A DNA stretch of 64,000 nucleotides, taken from positions 19,902,001 to 19,966,000 of the forward strand of contig NC_043002.1 of NCBI RefSeq assembly GCF_006345805.1, in the 5' to 3' direction. Source of the stretch: Octopus sinensis (Eukaryota). Of the stretch, positions 12,848 through 25,339 are shown in pieces. A model generated the notes under the pieces. That model searched no databases and had not been told where the DNA came from. It worked only from the letters and a program-made list of their open reading frames with translations. Positions within the stretch are counted from its first letter, which is position 1. Each line of letters begins with the position of its first letter. The position numbers and the translations under genes are program-made.

Positions 12848-13284
12848 GAGGTTATCACATCTTACCAAATCATATCTGGAAGAAAGTCTTGGTAAAGAAT
12901 TTGGCAAGTTTACTGTACTATTTAAAATTGGCCTTGCTTCTCATATTGACACATCACAAAACCTTTTAGGCTTAACAGTTTTACTATCTGGTAACTGACA
13001 ATTCTTTGTAGTCTTTTCCTTTTTTTTTTGTTAAAGGTGGAAAACACACTGCACATCTATTTGTCATTCATGATTATTTTGGAACCTGAAAAGGACTTAA
13101 AATGAACTGAGAAGCACCCACTATGGGTCAAAACATTAAACGATTTCACTATGATAAGCAATAAACATGAATTTCTGTGTGTATTATACATTTCCAGTTT
13201 TATCAACAGATTTGTACATGCTAAATCTAGAAAACGTAACTTTTAAATTGTAGTGTACTATATGTTTTAATATTGATGTATATT

Positions 13285-13503
13285 AAGACGGCGAGCTGTC
13301 AGAAACGTTAGCATGCCAGGCGAAATGCGTAGTGGTATTTTGTCTGTCTTTATGTTCTAAGTTCAAATTCCGTCAAGGTTGACTTTGCCTTTCATCCTCT
13401 CAGGGTCAATAAATTAAGTACCAGTTGTATACTGGGGTTGATCTAATCGACTGGCCCCCTCCCCAAAAATTTTGGATCTTGTGGCTAGAGTAGAAAAGAT
13501 TAT
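13285..13503 (+). mobile_element. SINE family A
   Basis: aagacggcgagctg head, family A core, ...ctagagtagaaaagattatt tail. Confidence 0.85.
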
Positions 13504-13784
13504 TGTATATGTTGTGTTTTTCAGCATGGTTTTATGGCTGTCTGGATGTCCTTATAACACCAACCACCTTACAGCATGGATTATATGCATTTTTATGGGC
13601 TGCTAGAGAGATATTCCTTTGTAAGACTAAGGAACCCTCTCCTCCACTCGGTATTAGTTTTCGTTCGAAGTAACTCTTTTCATAGATATGTCACAGTCAC
13701 TTCTGTTGTGGAGTCTACATCTGCTTTGTGAGAAACAAAACGTCTATGGGCAATAAATGAGAAACTCACAATGTCTCTACTCTT

Positions 13785-14172
13785 TCTTTTTCTTTTATTT
13801 GTTTTAGTCATTTAACTGCAGCCATGCTGGAGTACCACTTTTAGTCAAGCAAATCAACCCCAGGACTTATTCTTTGTAACCCTAGTACTTATTCTATCGG
13901 TCTCTCTTGCTGAAATGCTAAGTGACAGGGACGTAAACACACCAGCATTGGTTGTCAAACGATGTTGGGGGACAAACTCAGACACACAAACATACACACA
14001 CACACACATACGATGGGCTTCTTTCAGTTTCCGTCTACCAAATCCACTCAAGGCTTTGGTCAGCCCAAGGCTAAAATAGTAGACACTTGCCCAAGGTGTC
14101 ACGCAATGGGACTGAACCTGGAACCATGTGGTTCATAATCAAGCTACTTACCACACAGCCACTCCTGCACCT
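13785..14172 (-). mobile_element. SINE family B
   Basis: Homologous to 6009-6460. Confidence 0.85.
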
Positions 14173-14968
14173 TTTTAAAGATTCATATTTATTTAAAGGT
14201 TCACTCTGTTTAAAGGTTCATATTTGTATCAATAGTCATTTCTAATAACTGTTGTCTCAATGAAAGATGCTCTGTCTGTTGGTCAACCAGCTAGAATCAG
14301 TAACTAAAGTTCCTTCAAAGCAGTCTCTACAAACTACAAAAAAATAATAATAATGATGATAATAATACAAGATGTTAGACAATAAAGTCTTAGGTACACG
14401 GTGTCTGGATTAGAGATGGGATGGTCATAATTTGACAATCCTTGGTCCTAGATTCGTGCAATGACTATCCACAAAGTGGGCTCTGTAACACTTATGTAAG
14501 CAAGTGTCTTACAAAGCCTTCAAAATACTCATATAAACACCAATAAACATTTCTAAACAACCTGGAAAAATGCATAATCATCACATCTCCCTTTTTTTCA
14601 ATTCTGTCAACTCTTCATTTGTCAGTTCTGCTGCTATCAGCTATTGACTACTTCATCTACTTTAGAATGAAACCATTTTGCAATTGTTATGATTTTTCCA
14701 TGAATTTCACTCACAACACTGTCAACATAATGACCTTTGAAAGCATTCACATTTTCAACTTATTTTGTCCAATACTATTCATGGATTCTTTCATAATTCA
14801 CTCCTTGGCTTTAACAATGTTCTTAATTGCATTAAAAATATTGCACCATTTCCAAAACTCATGGAGCAAAGTGCTCTGGTCTACTGCATCAATCAATAGA
14901 ACAAAGATTATTTGCTGGTAGTTATTCTTTGCAATTGTCCATAGACTCCCAATCCATGTGTTGAATCT

Positions 14969-15182
14969 AAGGCAGCAAGCTGGCAGTAATGTTAGCATGC
15001 CAGATGAAATGCATAGCAGTATTTCGTCTGTCTTTATGTTCTGAGTTCAAATTCCGCCTAGGTAGACTTATTCTTTCATCCTTTAGGGGTCGATAAATTA
15101 AGTATCAGTTGCGTACTGGAGTCGATCTAATCGACTGGCCCCCTCCCCCAAAATTTCGGGCCTTGTGCCTAGAGTAGAAAAG
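14969..15182 (+). mobile_element. SINE family A with TSD
   Basis: aatccatgtgtt..atct duplicated at 14951-14968 and from 15183. Confidence 0.85.
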
Positions 15183-15629
15183 AATCCATGTGTTAGATCT
15201 TATATTAGGATTGAAATTAAAGAAATGCTGTATTGTTATGAAGCTTTATCTAAAATTAATATTTTGAATGCAATTTTCTTTTACTTGATGAAGAAACTAT
15301 ACAAGAACTAATCTTCAAAGATTTGTTTTGTTACCCATTCTTTTTTGTTGTTGTGGTAGACAACAGTCAGTGTGTGCTTGTTAACAATAAGAAAACTCAA
15401 AAAACACGTGAGTTTCTACATTGATAAACAAGAACTGGTTTTAGTATAGCTGAAAATCTTTGCCACATTTCTTTGAAGAAGAAGAGTCACACAATCTTTA
15501 ATTGCTTTGAAACTGAGCAAGGTTTTTGTCTCTCAATATATGTAAGACTATTCAGGCATGTGCTTCCAATAGAAGCTAGTTTCCTTGACATTAGATATTT
15601 GTTCTGGCAAATATTTTGCATTAACAGTA

Positions 15630-15860
15630 GTGCGGAGATGTGTGGCTTAGTAGTTAGAGTGTTAGACTCGTGATCATAAGACTGTGATTTCAATTCCTGG
15701 ACTGGGCGACGCATTGTGTTCTTGAGCAAAACACTTCATTTCACATAGCTCCATTCCACTCATCTGGTAAAGATGAGTAATACTGTGATGGACTGGTGTG
15801 CTGTCCAGGTGGGGAATATATACACCATGAATCTGGGAAACTGGCCCCTATGTGTCAGTA
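15630..15860 (+). mobile_element. SINE family D
   Basis: tRNA-like head followed by ttgtgttcttgagcaaaacacttcatttcac. Confidence 0.75.
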
Positions 15861-15892
15861 TGACTTCAGAAGGTAACTTTACAAACAATCAT

Positions 15893-16155
15893 CATCATCA
15901 TCGTTTAATGTCCACGTTCCATGCTAGCATGTGTTGGACGATTTCACTGAGGACTGGCGAACCAAATGGCTGCACCAGGCTCCAATCTGATCTGGCAGAG
16001 TTTCTACAGCTGGATGCGCTTCCTAATGCCAACCACTTTGAGAGTGTAATGGCAAAGACCTCACTCAAATGTTTTTTCACGTGCCACTGGCACAAGTGTC
16101 AATAAGGCGATGCTGGTAACGATCACGCCCGAATGGTGCTTTTTACATGCCACTG
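15893..16155 (-). mobile_element. RTE LINE 3'UTR tail
   Basis: (CAT)n + cgtttaatgtccacgttccatgctagcatg and the downstream RTE tail motif. Confidence 0.8.
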
Positions 16156-16263
16156 TGTGTGAATGTGTGTGAGTGTGTATGTGCATGTATGTGTGTGTAA
16201 AAGTGCATGAGTGTATGTGTGTGTGAGTGTGTGTATATGTGTGTGTGCATGCGTGCATGTGCG

Positions 16264-16298
<35 letters not shown>

Positions 16299-16346
16299 AT
16301 GCATGTGTGTGTGCATGCATGTGTGTGTGCATGCATGTGTGTGTGA
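16155..16346. repeat. Compound (TG)n/(TGCA)n microsatellite
   Basis: Directly visible. Confidence 0.9.
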
Positions 16347-16976
16347 TAGCTGTAGATTTAATAGCTATAGATGTCTTCACAGCATCAGAGATATGATATA
16401 TATCCTTTATGATGGTGGAGATCCATTGCTCAGGACAAACTGAAATACCTCTGAGCACTCAGACAGATTTTCTTCTGTGCTGGATTATTATTTCATTTCA
16501 TTTCATTTCATTTGAGTTTGAGTCCATACTCAGGCCAAGTCGAAGACTCCACCCTCAGAGTCTGGTGTGGTTGCCAGGTTGTATTCTCTGTTTAATTTTG
16601 ACATGTGTAGGAGCCTTTAAATTTGGTTACAAAACTCTTCTGTTTCTCACTACCCTCTGAAGATTAAATCTTATATTTAGAACCTGGAGCAGCCATTCGG
16701 TTCGCCAGTCTTATATTTGGTAGTCACGTATTAGAATAATTTTTGTAGATTAATGAACATAAACAAAATAGCTGAGAAGCAGAATGATGTGGAGGGCAGT
16801 GGTGAAATGGGAGCTAGAAAACATGAAGCTGGCAGTACCCTCAGCATCTCAAAGTTATTTATACTGTAGCACTTACACTCATCCTCATTGGAGAATAGAG
16901 GAACAATGAAAAATTGTGACTAAAACTATTGTCAAGAAGTACACACACACACACACTTCTCTCTCTTATATATACA

Positions 16977-17363
16977 CTAGCAGTATTGCCTGGCGTTGCT
17001 CGGGTTTGTTTCGACCCTTCAGAATTGGAATTTTTGAAAAGTAAAAATTTGGCATTATGTAGCTTGTTATTCTCTTTAAGTGAACATTTTTCTGGTTGAA
17101 ATACACCAAAAAATGGTGACACAGCAGTCAAAAAATTGTAAAAAATAGGGATTTTCATAGAAAAAAAGCACCTTTTTGATGTAAATAATTTTTGGTGTTA
17201 ACATGGTCTGATTTGAATTTTTCTTCTACAGAAGGAAGAGCAAGCCTTCTTCTATCATACTCTCAATTTTGGCCAACTTGCGCCGCAGGGTCTCGGAGGA
17301 GATAGTATTAGTTGAATGCTACCAAACCTGCCATACACAACTTCAGCTTTATATATAGAGAGA
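16977..17363 (-). mobile_element. Non-autonomous Helitron
   Basis: Minus strand begins a|tctctctatatataaagc and ends with hairpin acccgagcaacgccagg followed by ...ctgctag|t; same termini as 62632-62931. Confidence 0.8.
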
Positions 17364-17570
17364 TATATATAAGAAACAGAAATGTGTGTGTGTATTTATA
17401 TATATTTACATACACATACATTTGCCTCTTTTATATATGTATAATATATTATATATACTACCTCTTTATTATTTCAATAATGATGCATACATGTGTGTGT
17501 GTGTAATAATAGGCAACTACTTCAATGCTTTGTCAATGTCAACATAGCATTAGAGACATTTTTCTTATAG

Positions 17571-17649
17571 AGAAGGAAAAATGGCTCTGCAATTTTACAC
17601 CCCCTCGCTTCTGCTTGGAGAAAGCTTTCACTAAGATTAAAGAGAGCAA
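17571..17649 (+). CDS. Candidate internal exon of host gene 1 (KEKWLCNFTPPRFCLEKAFTKIKES), unconfirmed
   Basis: tttttcttatag acceptor, gcaa|gtaaat donor, open frame, not assignable to a repeat; no homology recognised. Confidence 0.25.
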
Positions 17650-17919
17650 GTAAATGTACACATCATATTGCTGAGCTGACGACTTAAATTCCTTTGAATT
17701 TAGGTCAGTATTAGTTTTGCACAATGCAACAGGTTAATTCTCAGGATAAAACTTTTAAAAAAAGTAAGGGAACTTCATTAGTGACCACCATCTCTAGCTG
17801 AGGAAGCCTAAATATAGTCATTTGACATATTAGATAAAGCAACGAAATTTCCCTCAAATAACACCATCTAAAAAGTGACCAACAAGATGATGTTGTCATA
17901 GATACTTTTTTTTTTTGCC

Positions 17920-18222
17920 CTTTTAAAGCCTAGCCAGGCTCATGGACCCGGTTTCCAGGTTTCCGTGGCGTATGTGTTCCCCAGCTGGACGGGACACCAG
18001 TCCATCGCAGCGTTACTCGTTTTTGCCAGCTGAGTGGACTGGAGCAACATGAAATGAAGTGCTTTGCTCAAGAACACATCGTAACTGGTACTTAATTTAT
18101 CAGCCCCGAAAGGATGAAAGGCAAAGTCAACCTTGGTGGAATTTGAACTCAGAACATAACGGCAGACGAAATACGGCTCCGCATTTCGCCCGGCGTGCTA
18201 ACGTTTCTGCCAGCTTGCTGCC
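17920..18222 (-). mobile_element. SINE D fragment joined to SINE A (nested or chimeric)
   Basis: D body 17920-18075 followed by A core and head 18075-18222. Confidence 0.75.
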
Positions 18223-18629
18223 TTTTTACATGCATAATACCGTGTTTTGAGTTGTACCACACGCAAGCTATTTTTTAAACTTGAGCAGAATAACTCGTGC
18301 ATATCATATTATGATAAATAGCTTCACATAGTTCATTTTCATAAACCGGTAGATGTAAATGTACGACGCTATGTTATTGTAACGGTGAACATAAACAGAT
18401 GCGAGCTCGTTGGCACTTGTGTGCTTGTGTGGCCTCATTAGATAAATAAAAACCGGAGCAGTGTCTCACATGCTTGGGTAATACTGGCATCAAGGGGTTA
18501 ACAATATATACATTCAGCAGAGCATGTTCACCATATTTATTTCTAGTTTTCTCACAGCCTCCAGTGCCTACATTTTGCTACAATGCACCCCTAGACAATA
18601 CTTTCTTGAGTCTCAGGGCTTGCAGGGCT

Positions 18630-18850
18630 AGTTACACAGTTTCCATGGTGCATAAGTGACTGTGATCACCACATTCTCCTGAACGAGATGCCAGTCCATC
18701 ACAGGGTACTCATTTACAGCTGAGTGGACTGGAGCAATGCTAAATGAAGTTTTTGCCAGGGAACACAATGCACTGCTTGATCTGAAAATTGAAACCTCAA
18801 TCTTGCAATCATGAATGCAACACCTTAACTGCTAGGTCATGCGCCTTCAT
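18630..18850 (-). mobile_element. SINE family D (degenerate)
   Basis: cagctgagtggactggagcaatg...gcgccttca. Confidence 0.7.
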
Positions 18851-19169
18851 ATATATACAACATACAGTCTGTGATTTACTCAGAGACAAAATTCTTTTGT
18901 CGCCAGCAGAGGTAATAGCTTCCTAAATGTCTCCACTTGGTTCTTACTCTGGTTACTATGCTTTCAAACATCCTCCTCTACTGCAAATTAGGTTATCTAG
19001 ATGATGAAAGCTATTGATTAGCTCTTTCTGTGAATCCCTCTAACATTTGAAATAATTTATTTAATGGGTGCTCTTATTGCTGACTACTCAAAATTCTTCT
19101 TCCCTCTCAGCCTTCTTGTGATCCCACAGCATCTCTTGTGCATACTTAATTTACATTTAATACACTGGA

Positions 19170-19345
19170 ATTTCTACCAATAATAATTGGTGCACTTAGT
19201 TTTGTGAGTAAATGCCTAAGTGACAATCTGGATAAGCTAGGGTTGTCAGAAAGAGAAATCAACCAACTAACTTTCATATATTTTTACTGTTCCACTTTCA
19301 TACAATCAGTAAGAGGGGCAGAAAAAATATTAGACTTTTCTCAAG
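19170..19345 (+). mobile_element. C-terminal remnant of an RLE-type (R2/R4/NeSL-like) non-LTR retrotransposon
   Basis: Reads FLPIIIGALSFVSKCLSDNLDKLGLSEREINQL, resembling the P(I/V)(I/V)xGALG terminal motif after the restriction-like endonuclease. Confidence 0.5.
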
Positions 19346-19682
19346 TTTAAAATATGACATTGCTTTTGTAATCTACATTCCAATGGTCTTTGTTAGAAAA
19401 CAGAGGGAGAATTTAAATAATTAAAAACCATATAACAGTATAAATACCAGGCCGCTGGTATTTATAGAGTGTTAAACACTTTTAGTATGTAAATTAGGAA
19501 ATCCTTCATAGAGTAACAGCTGCATTGGTTGAGTATATAAACAGTTTGGCTGCTTCTTTATCTGGAGATTGTCAAATTGATGTGAATACCTTTGATGAAA
19601 ACCCAATAAGGTTCAATAATCAATTAAGGTTGTTCATTGGTTTTTTTTTTCAGTTTGTGGCAAAATGGTTAAAATTTGCCCT

Positions 19683-20125
19683 CATCATCATCATCATCGT
19701 TTAACATCCGCTTTCCATGCTAGCATGGGTTGGACGGTTCAACTGGGGTCTGGGAAGCCCAAAGGCTGCACCAGGCCAGTCAGATCTGGCAGTGTTTCTA
19801 CAGCTGGATGCCCTTCCTAACGCCAACCACTCCGAGAGTGTAGGGGGTGATTTTATGTGCCACCGACACAGGTGCCAGACGAGGCTGGCGAACGGCCACG
19901 TTCGGATGGTTTTCGTATGTGCCACCGGCACTGGTACCACAAAACTACAAATTCCATTAATGTTCATCGAGTTTGCTTTTGATTTTTTCCATTTTCACTT
20001 GCCTCAACAGGTCTTCACAAGTAGAGTTATGTGTCCCAAGAAGGAAGGTATGCATAGGTGCACTGACTACGTTCCAGGTAGGGGCCATGGGTTATGGCCT
20101 CACTTGTCCAGCCGGGTCCAGCCCT
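19683..20125 (-). mobile_element. RTE LINE 3'UTR (long copy)
   Basis: Includes cacttgcctcaacaggtctt, the reverse complement of the sequence following the RTE ORF2 stop at ~57858-57915. Confidence 0.8.
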
Positions 20126-20159
20126 GTTTATAATTATACCATATGTTACATATATAGAA

Positions 20160-20515
20160 CATCATCATCGTTTAATGTCTGTTTTCCATGCTGGCATGGG
20201 TTGAACAATTTGACTGAGGGCTGGTGAACCAGATGGCTGCACCAGGCTCCAATCTTGATCTGGCAGAGTTTCTACAACTGGATGCCCTTCCCAATGCCAA
20301 CCACTCCGAGAGTGTAGTGGGTGCTTTTTACATGCCACCGGAATGGAGCCAGTCAGGCAGTACTGGCAATGACCTCGCTCGAATCTTTTTACACATGCCA
20401 CCAGCACAGGTGCCAGTAAGATAATGATCACACTCAAATGGTGTCTTTTACGTGCCACCAGCATGGAAGCCAGTTAGCCGCTCTGGCATTGATCACGCTC
20501 GGATGGCGCTCTTAG
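20160..20515 (-). mobile_element. RTE LINE 3'UTR tail
   Basis: Same tail with ~50-bp internal subrepeats (gtgccaccagca). Confidence 0.85.
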
Positions 20516-20555
20516 CACCCTAATAGCACGGGGCTATACATACATATTTAGGAAT

Positions 20556-20787
20556 TTAATCCTTTAGCATTCAGATTATTCTGTCAAGTGTAATGTTTAT
20601 TTATTCCCATTATTTTAAATTAAATTAATTCACATTATCTTGTAGCTTTGAGATAGCAACGATGTAGTTGTCTATTTTAAGAATGACATTACAAGGTAGA
20701 TGTGAGAGACCAGATCTGGCCAGTTTAAACATAAAACAGACAGAATATTTTGGCTGGACGTGGCCAGTTTAAACACTAAAATGTTAA
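20556..20787. mobile_element. piggyBac-like MITE (TTAA)
   Basis: ttaa|tcctttagcattc ... aaacactaaaatg|ttaa, degenerate TIRs. Confidence 0.6.
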
Positions 20788-20811
20788 ATAATTAAAAACA
20801 GAAGGGAACAT

Positions 20812-20847
<36 letters not shown>

Positions 20848-20934
20848 GCACATACATACGCAAACATGCAAGCCGTATTCTCAGCCCTATATCAATTCCA
20901 TCATTATTCTGTTTGTATACTTTGATATGCAATA

Positions 20935-21332
20935 TTCTTTACTTGTTTTAGTCATTTGACTGTGGCCATGCTGGAGCACCGCCTTTAGTCGAGCAAATCT
21001 ATCCCAGGACTTATTTTTTGTAAGTCTAGTACTTATTCTATTGGTCCTTTTTACCAAACCGCTAAGTTACGGGGACGTAAATACACCAGCATTGGTTGTC
21101 AAGCGATGTTGGGGGGACAAACACAGATACACAAACACATACACACACATACATATATATACATATATACGACGAGCTTCTTATAGTTTCTGTCTACCAA
21201 ATCCACTCACAAGGCTTTGGTCAGCCCAAAGCTATAGTAGAAGACACTTGCCTAAGGTGCCACGCAGTGGGACTGAACCCGGAACCATGTGGTTGGTAAG
21301 CAAGCTACTTACCACACAGCCACTCCTACGCC
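20935..21332 (-). mobile_element. SINE family B
   Basis: Full-length homologue. Confidence 0.9.
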
Positions 21333-21609
21333 TATGCAATGTGGACAGTTTGATAGCAGAATCAATAAAAGGCTTGAAAATTCAGCTGGTAATATATTCT
21401 CTAGATTTATTTTACTGAGATCTTTGCTATGTCATTTAACTCATAGAATTCACTTTCAATTCAATTGTAAAATTGTATTTGCATAGTTATATGTCATGGT
21501 GGCTGTGTAATTTAAACACTTGCTTCCCATCCATATGGTCTTAGTTTCAGTTCCACTGTGTGATGATTTGTGAGTTTATTTGGTAGATGAATAATGAAAG
21601 AAGCCTGTC

Positions 21610-21781
21610 AGGCATAGGAGTAGCTGTGTGGTAAGTAGCTTGCTTATCAAGCACATGGTTCCAGGTTCAGTAGGTCACACTGCATGGCACCTTGGGCAAA
21701 TGTCTTCTACTATAGCCTCTGGCCAACCAAAGCCTTGTGAGTGGATTTGGGAGATGGAAACTGAAAGAAGCCCATCATCTA

Positions 21782-21817
<36 letters not shown>

Positions 21818-22030
21818 TATGTTTGTGTGTCTGTGTTTGTCCCCTCACCATCTCTTGGCAACCGATGGTGGTGTGTTTACATCTCCACAACTTAGCAGTA
21901 CGGCAAAAAAGATTGATAGAATAAGTACTAGGCTTACAAAGAATAAGTCCTGGGGTCGATTTGCTCGACTAAAAATGGTGCACCAGCTTGGCCACAGTCA
22001 AATGACTGAAAAAAATAAAGGAATAAAGAA
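21610..22030 (+). mobile_element. SINE family B
   Basis: Full-length homologue, inverted relative to 20935-21332. Confidence 0.9.
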
Positions 22031-22382
22031 TATATGTATGTATGTGTTTGTGTGTGTATGTGTACATACACATGCATACATGCATGTGTGTGAATGTGTG
22101 TGTGTACGTTTATGGGTACTCTTGTCTAGATATTACGTGATGGTTGCAAGTGAGCATCTTCATCATACAAGTGAGGTTGTGTGTATCCAGTCTTCTATGA
22201 AAAACACATTTGGTCTGGTCTGGTCTGGTCTGGTCAGGGGGAAATATTACCTTGCTTAGAGATGGATGAAGCTTGGTGACAGGAAGCATGTGCTGTCAAC
22301 AAATATACCTCAATAAATTCCATCTGACACATGCAAACAGGGAAAAGTGAGCACTAAATGGTGATGATGGTGATGATGATGA

Positions 22383-22413
<31 letters not shown>

Positions 22414-22465
22414 ATGGGTGTTTGTTTGTGTGTGTGTGTTTGCATGGGTGTGTGTGTGCATGTCT

Positions 22466-22502
<37 letters not shown>

Positions 22503-22886
22503 TTTGTGTGTGTGTGTGTTTGTGTGTGTGACATTATCACCATCATCATTATCATTTAATGTCTGTTTCCCATGCTGGCATAGGTTGAACAGCTTGACTG
22601 AAACTGGAAAGGCCAGGGGCCCACACTAGGGTCCATATACATATATACAAGAATGTATGCAAGTTGTGTATGTGTGTGCGTGCATGTACATGTGTGTGTG
22701 TGTGTATGTGTGTGTAGTTTGAGATAGACCTAAAATAATATATGAGATGATCATGGATGGGATGTCTTTGATCATAGTCTGACTTGGGGGCTAATCTACA
22801 AAACTAACTATATAACAGAAAACAAAGGAGTTCGGCTGAAAAATATAGTGTAATATAATTGATATTTCTTTAAATTTCTGTCTAAA

Positions 22887-22953
22887 ATGGTCGCCAAATT
22901 CTACGAGGTGTGCACAACTGACCGCCCATCTATCTGCATTGCAGTACAGTTTG
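22887..22953 (+). CDS. Candidate start-codon exon of host gene 1 (MVAKFYEVCTTDRPSICIAVQF), unconfirmed
   Basis: aaaATGG context, strong tttg|gtaagc donor, CpGs retained in a CpG-poor zone; in-frame stop just upstream. Confidence 0.25.
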
Positions 22954-23657
22954 GTAAGCTACTCTATATCAGATCAAAGAATGACTGCAGTAAGTAATAA
23001 AGATTGCTAAAAAAAATATAAATAAAAATCATTACAAATGCCTTATAAGTGATGTTTAATAAACAGAAACTCTGTAGAGGCTTATTGCACACACACACAC
23101 ACAGACACACACAGACACACACAAACACACACACACCACTCCCCCACACATGCACACACACCACTCCCCCACACAAGCACACACATATATATATATATAC
23201 GATGATGAATGATGATATATATATGTATATATATATACATACACACATGTATATACACATACAATGCACATGTGCACACTCATGCACACATACACACATA
23301 CACACACAACACAAATGCACTCACACACATACACACACATAGACACATATACACATGCACATAAATAGAACTCTGTGTGTGTGTGTGCGTATTTGTGTTT
23401 GTGTATTTCTTGAAGATCAGGGTCGACACTTTGTGCCCTAAACTAAAATAAATCTTAAAAGGATCAAAATTCATGTAAACATAACTATTTGCTTGGTAGA
23501 GAGTGGTAATGGGAATACCCAATTAACCATTTTGTTATCAACCAATCTGAAACTGCTTCTGGTTCCTGGTTCTGCAATACAAATTTCCTCTTATAAGAAA
23601 ATCTAAACCAAAACTTTCTGCCAGACTTCCATGTTAATCTGTGTTCCAAACACTAGC

Positions 23658-23882
23658 TTCACCCTTTCATTAACGTATTTATTTTGAGATGCTCTGTGTT
23701 TCTTTCAATTACTTTAATAACAAAGAATTTAGTAAAATAACTTAGTTATCATTAAGTTAGTTTTAGGAACATAAATTGTGACTAAGGTTTGGTGGAAGAT
23801 TTTAATTCAAAACTTATGAAAACAAGACATTTGTACTCAGAGCCAGAGCCGGTTTCAGCCGGGTTGGTAATGAAAGGGTTAA
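23658..23882. mobile_element. piggyBac-like MITE
   Basis: ccctttcatta...taatgaaaggg|ttaa; second copy at 30805-31032. Confidence 0.8.
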
Positions 23883-24349
23883 TAACAACAGCAGTGCCTT
23901 TCAACAGAAATATGGTTACAAAAGAATTATGTGTTGGGGTTAACAAAATCGTCTGGAATCTGTTGAAGACAATTCCCTAGTATGGTTGCCATCCAAACAG
24001 CAGAAATAAGGGAAATAGTATTCCTCTCTTTTGTTATTGGAAGAAATTTCAGACAGTGAAAGCTTGAATGGACAACTTGGTAGATGACTAAACAGTTAGC
24101 ATGGGAGATAAGCCAACATAAAGGCACTTCAATGTGGTTGCTCCACCTGCAAGAAAGAACAGCTAAACCACTCTTGAATCACACATTACCATCTGAAGAA
24201 AGGAAGTTGATATTGGCTAATGTAGTCCTAGATACATTTTGTTTGCATAGATGATAGGATAGTCATGGTGGGAATATATTTGATCCTAAGTTTACTAAAT
24301 AAGGGCTTAGCAGCAATATTTACTCAATATTGTGGTACTCAGTCAGTTA

Positions 24350-24704
24350 CAACAACGAAGGTTCCAGTTGAACGGAGCAGCCTGCTTGTGAAATTAACAT
24401 GCAAGTGGCTGAGCACTCCACAGACATGTGTACCCTTAACGTAGCTCTTGGGGAGATTCAGCGTGACACAGAGTGTGACAAGGCTGGCCCTTTGAAATAC
24501 AGGTACAACAGAAACAAGAAGAAAGAGTGAGAGAAAGTTGTGGTGAAAGAATACTGCAGGGTTCACCACCACCCCCTGCCGGAGCCTCATGGAGCTTTAT
24601 GTATTTTCACTCAATGAACACTCACAACGTCCAGTCTGGGAATCGAAACCATGATCCTTTGACTGCGAATCCGCTACCCTAAACACTAGGCCATTATGCC
24701 TCCA
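24350..24704 (-). mobile_element. SINE with family C head and an alternative 3' tail
   Basis: Shares head and ctttctctcactcttt body with family C but continues into gtacctgtatttcaaagggccagcc... Confidence 0.75.
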
Positions 24705-25339
24705 CATTCAGTATTGTATTACATACATACACATACATGTGTGATAGACTTAATCAGTCACCCAGTTCAATACCATCATCTGGCATTTTGGGCTTGAAAA
24801 GGGCGATGTTTATTGTTATATAATACTGTACGTTTCAGATAATATACACATACATATATATATATATGTGTATGCATATATATATGTGTGTATGCATATA
24901 TATATCATCATCATCATCATTTAGCGTCCGCTTTCCATATATATACATATATATATACTACTTTCTAAGTGTATCTCAACAGATTTTCTATAGAATTTAG
25001 GGCCAGTATTGGTTGGCTGTGGCATTGAAGAAGGAGCAATAGCTCCTGAAATAAGCATATACACCCGTTACTTACCTTTCTATCTTTGATTGCATTGTTT
25101 AAATATTCATATTCATATTTGGAACATTGTAATTTTCAATGCTGGCTCTAAATAAATCAATACTGTGTCCTCAAACTAGAACACAGAAAATGGTGAGCAC
25201 CATTATTTAATAAAATATATTTTTCTTAAATTTTAGTGAATCACAATTTATTCTACATAACCCCACAATTTTCTTGTAGAGCCCCGGTTGTCCTCCAAAC
25301 TTATTTTAGGAAACATTTGTCTATACTGGTGAGTTGATT

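Larger units (their letters stand above)
9600..13245 (+). pseudogene. Fragmented hAT transposase (ZMYM1/TTF-type) remnant, interrupted by at least 5 later insertions
   Basis: Degenerate motifs in order: GSRVLEDIIYEVKKYKYF..LDSTP..S (~10790-10890); GKYIGLQSCIKEMNA (~11367-11411); FFYDSTHQW; MRLGTGLIIILWNQIL; YEKVDRLF; LEESLGKEF; C-terminal dimerisation-like LNDFTMISNKHEFL...FINRFVHAKSRKRN (~13140-13240). Many stops and frameshifts. Confidence 0.8.
14590..16500 (-). pseudogene. Fragmented pogo/Tigger-type transposase remnant
   Basis: Minus strand: N-terminal ISTIIKDIYHISDAVKTSIAIKSTAIT (~16345-16425); DDE region LPEQISNVKETSFYWKHMPE...FKAIKDCVTLLL...VNKHTLTVVYHNNKKEWVTKQIFED (~15310-15610); C-terminal LHEFWKWCNIFNAIKNIVKA...ELTNEELTEL (~14600-14870). 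Interrupted by SINE A, SINE D, an RTE tail and (TG)n. Confidence 0.85.

Noticed and set aside
12490-12990. Apparent host exon with a transposon-created intron (introner) at 12573-12850
   Set aside because: The restored frame (YEKVDRLF...LEESLGKEF) aligns by motif with a dead hAT transposase that has stops on both sides, so there is no host exon to splice
13525-13650. Exon-like WFYGCLDVLITPTTLQHGLYAFLWAAREIF
   Set aside because: The nucleotides match the degenerate RTE-tail repeat (gcatggttt...ggatg.cct...accaaccac.ttacag)
15360-15407. AG/GT-bounded 48-bp exon candidate
   Set aside because: It is the antisense strand of the Tigger DDE domain
20011-20047. Strong acceptor/donor pair (caacag|gtcttc...gaag|gtatgc)
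   Set aside because: It lies in the antisense RTE 3'UTR homologous to 57858-57915
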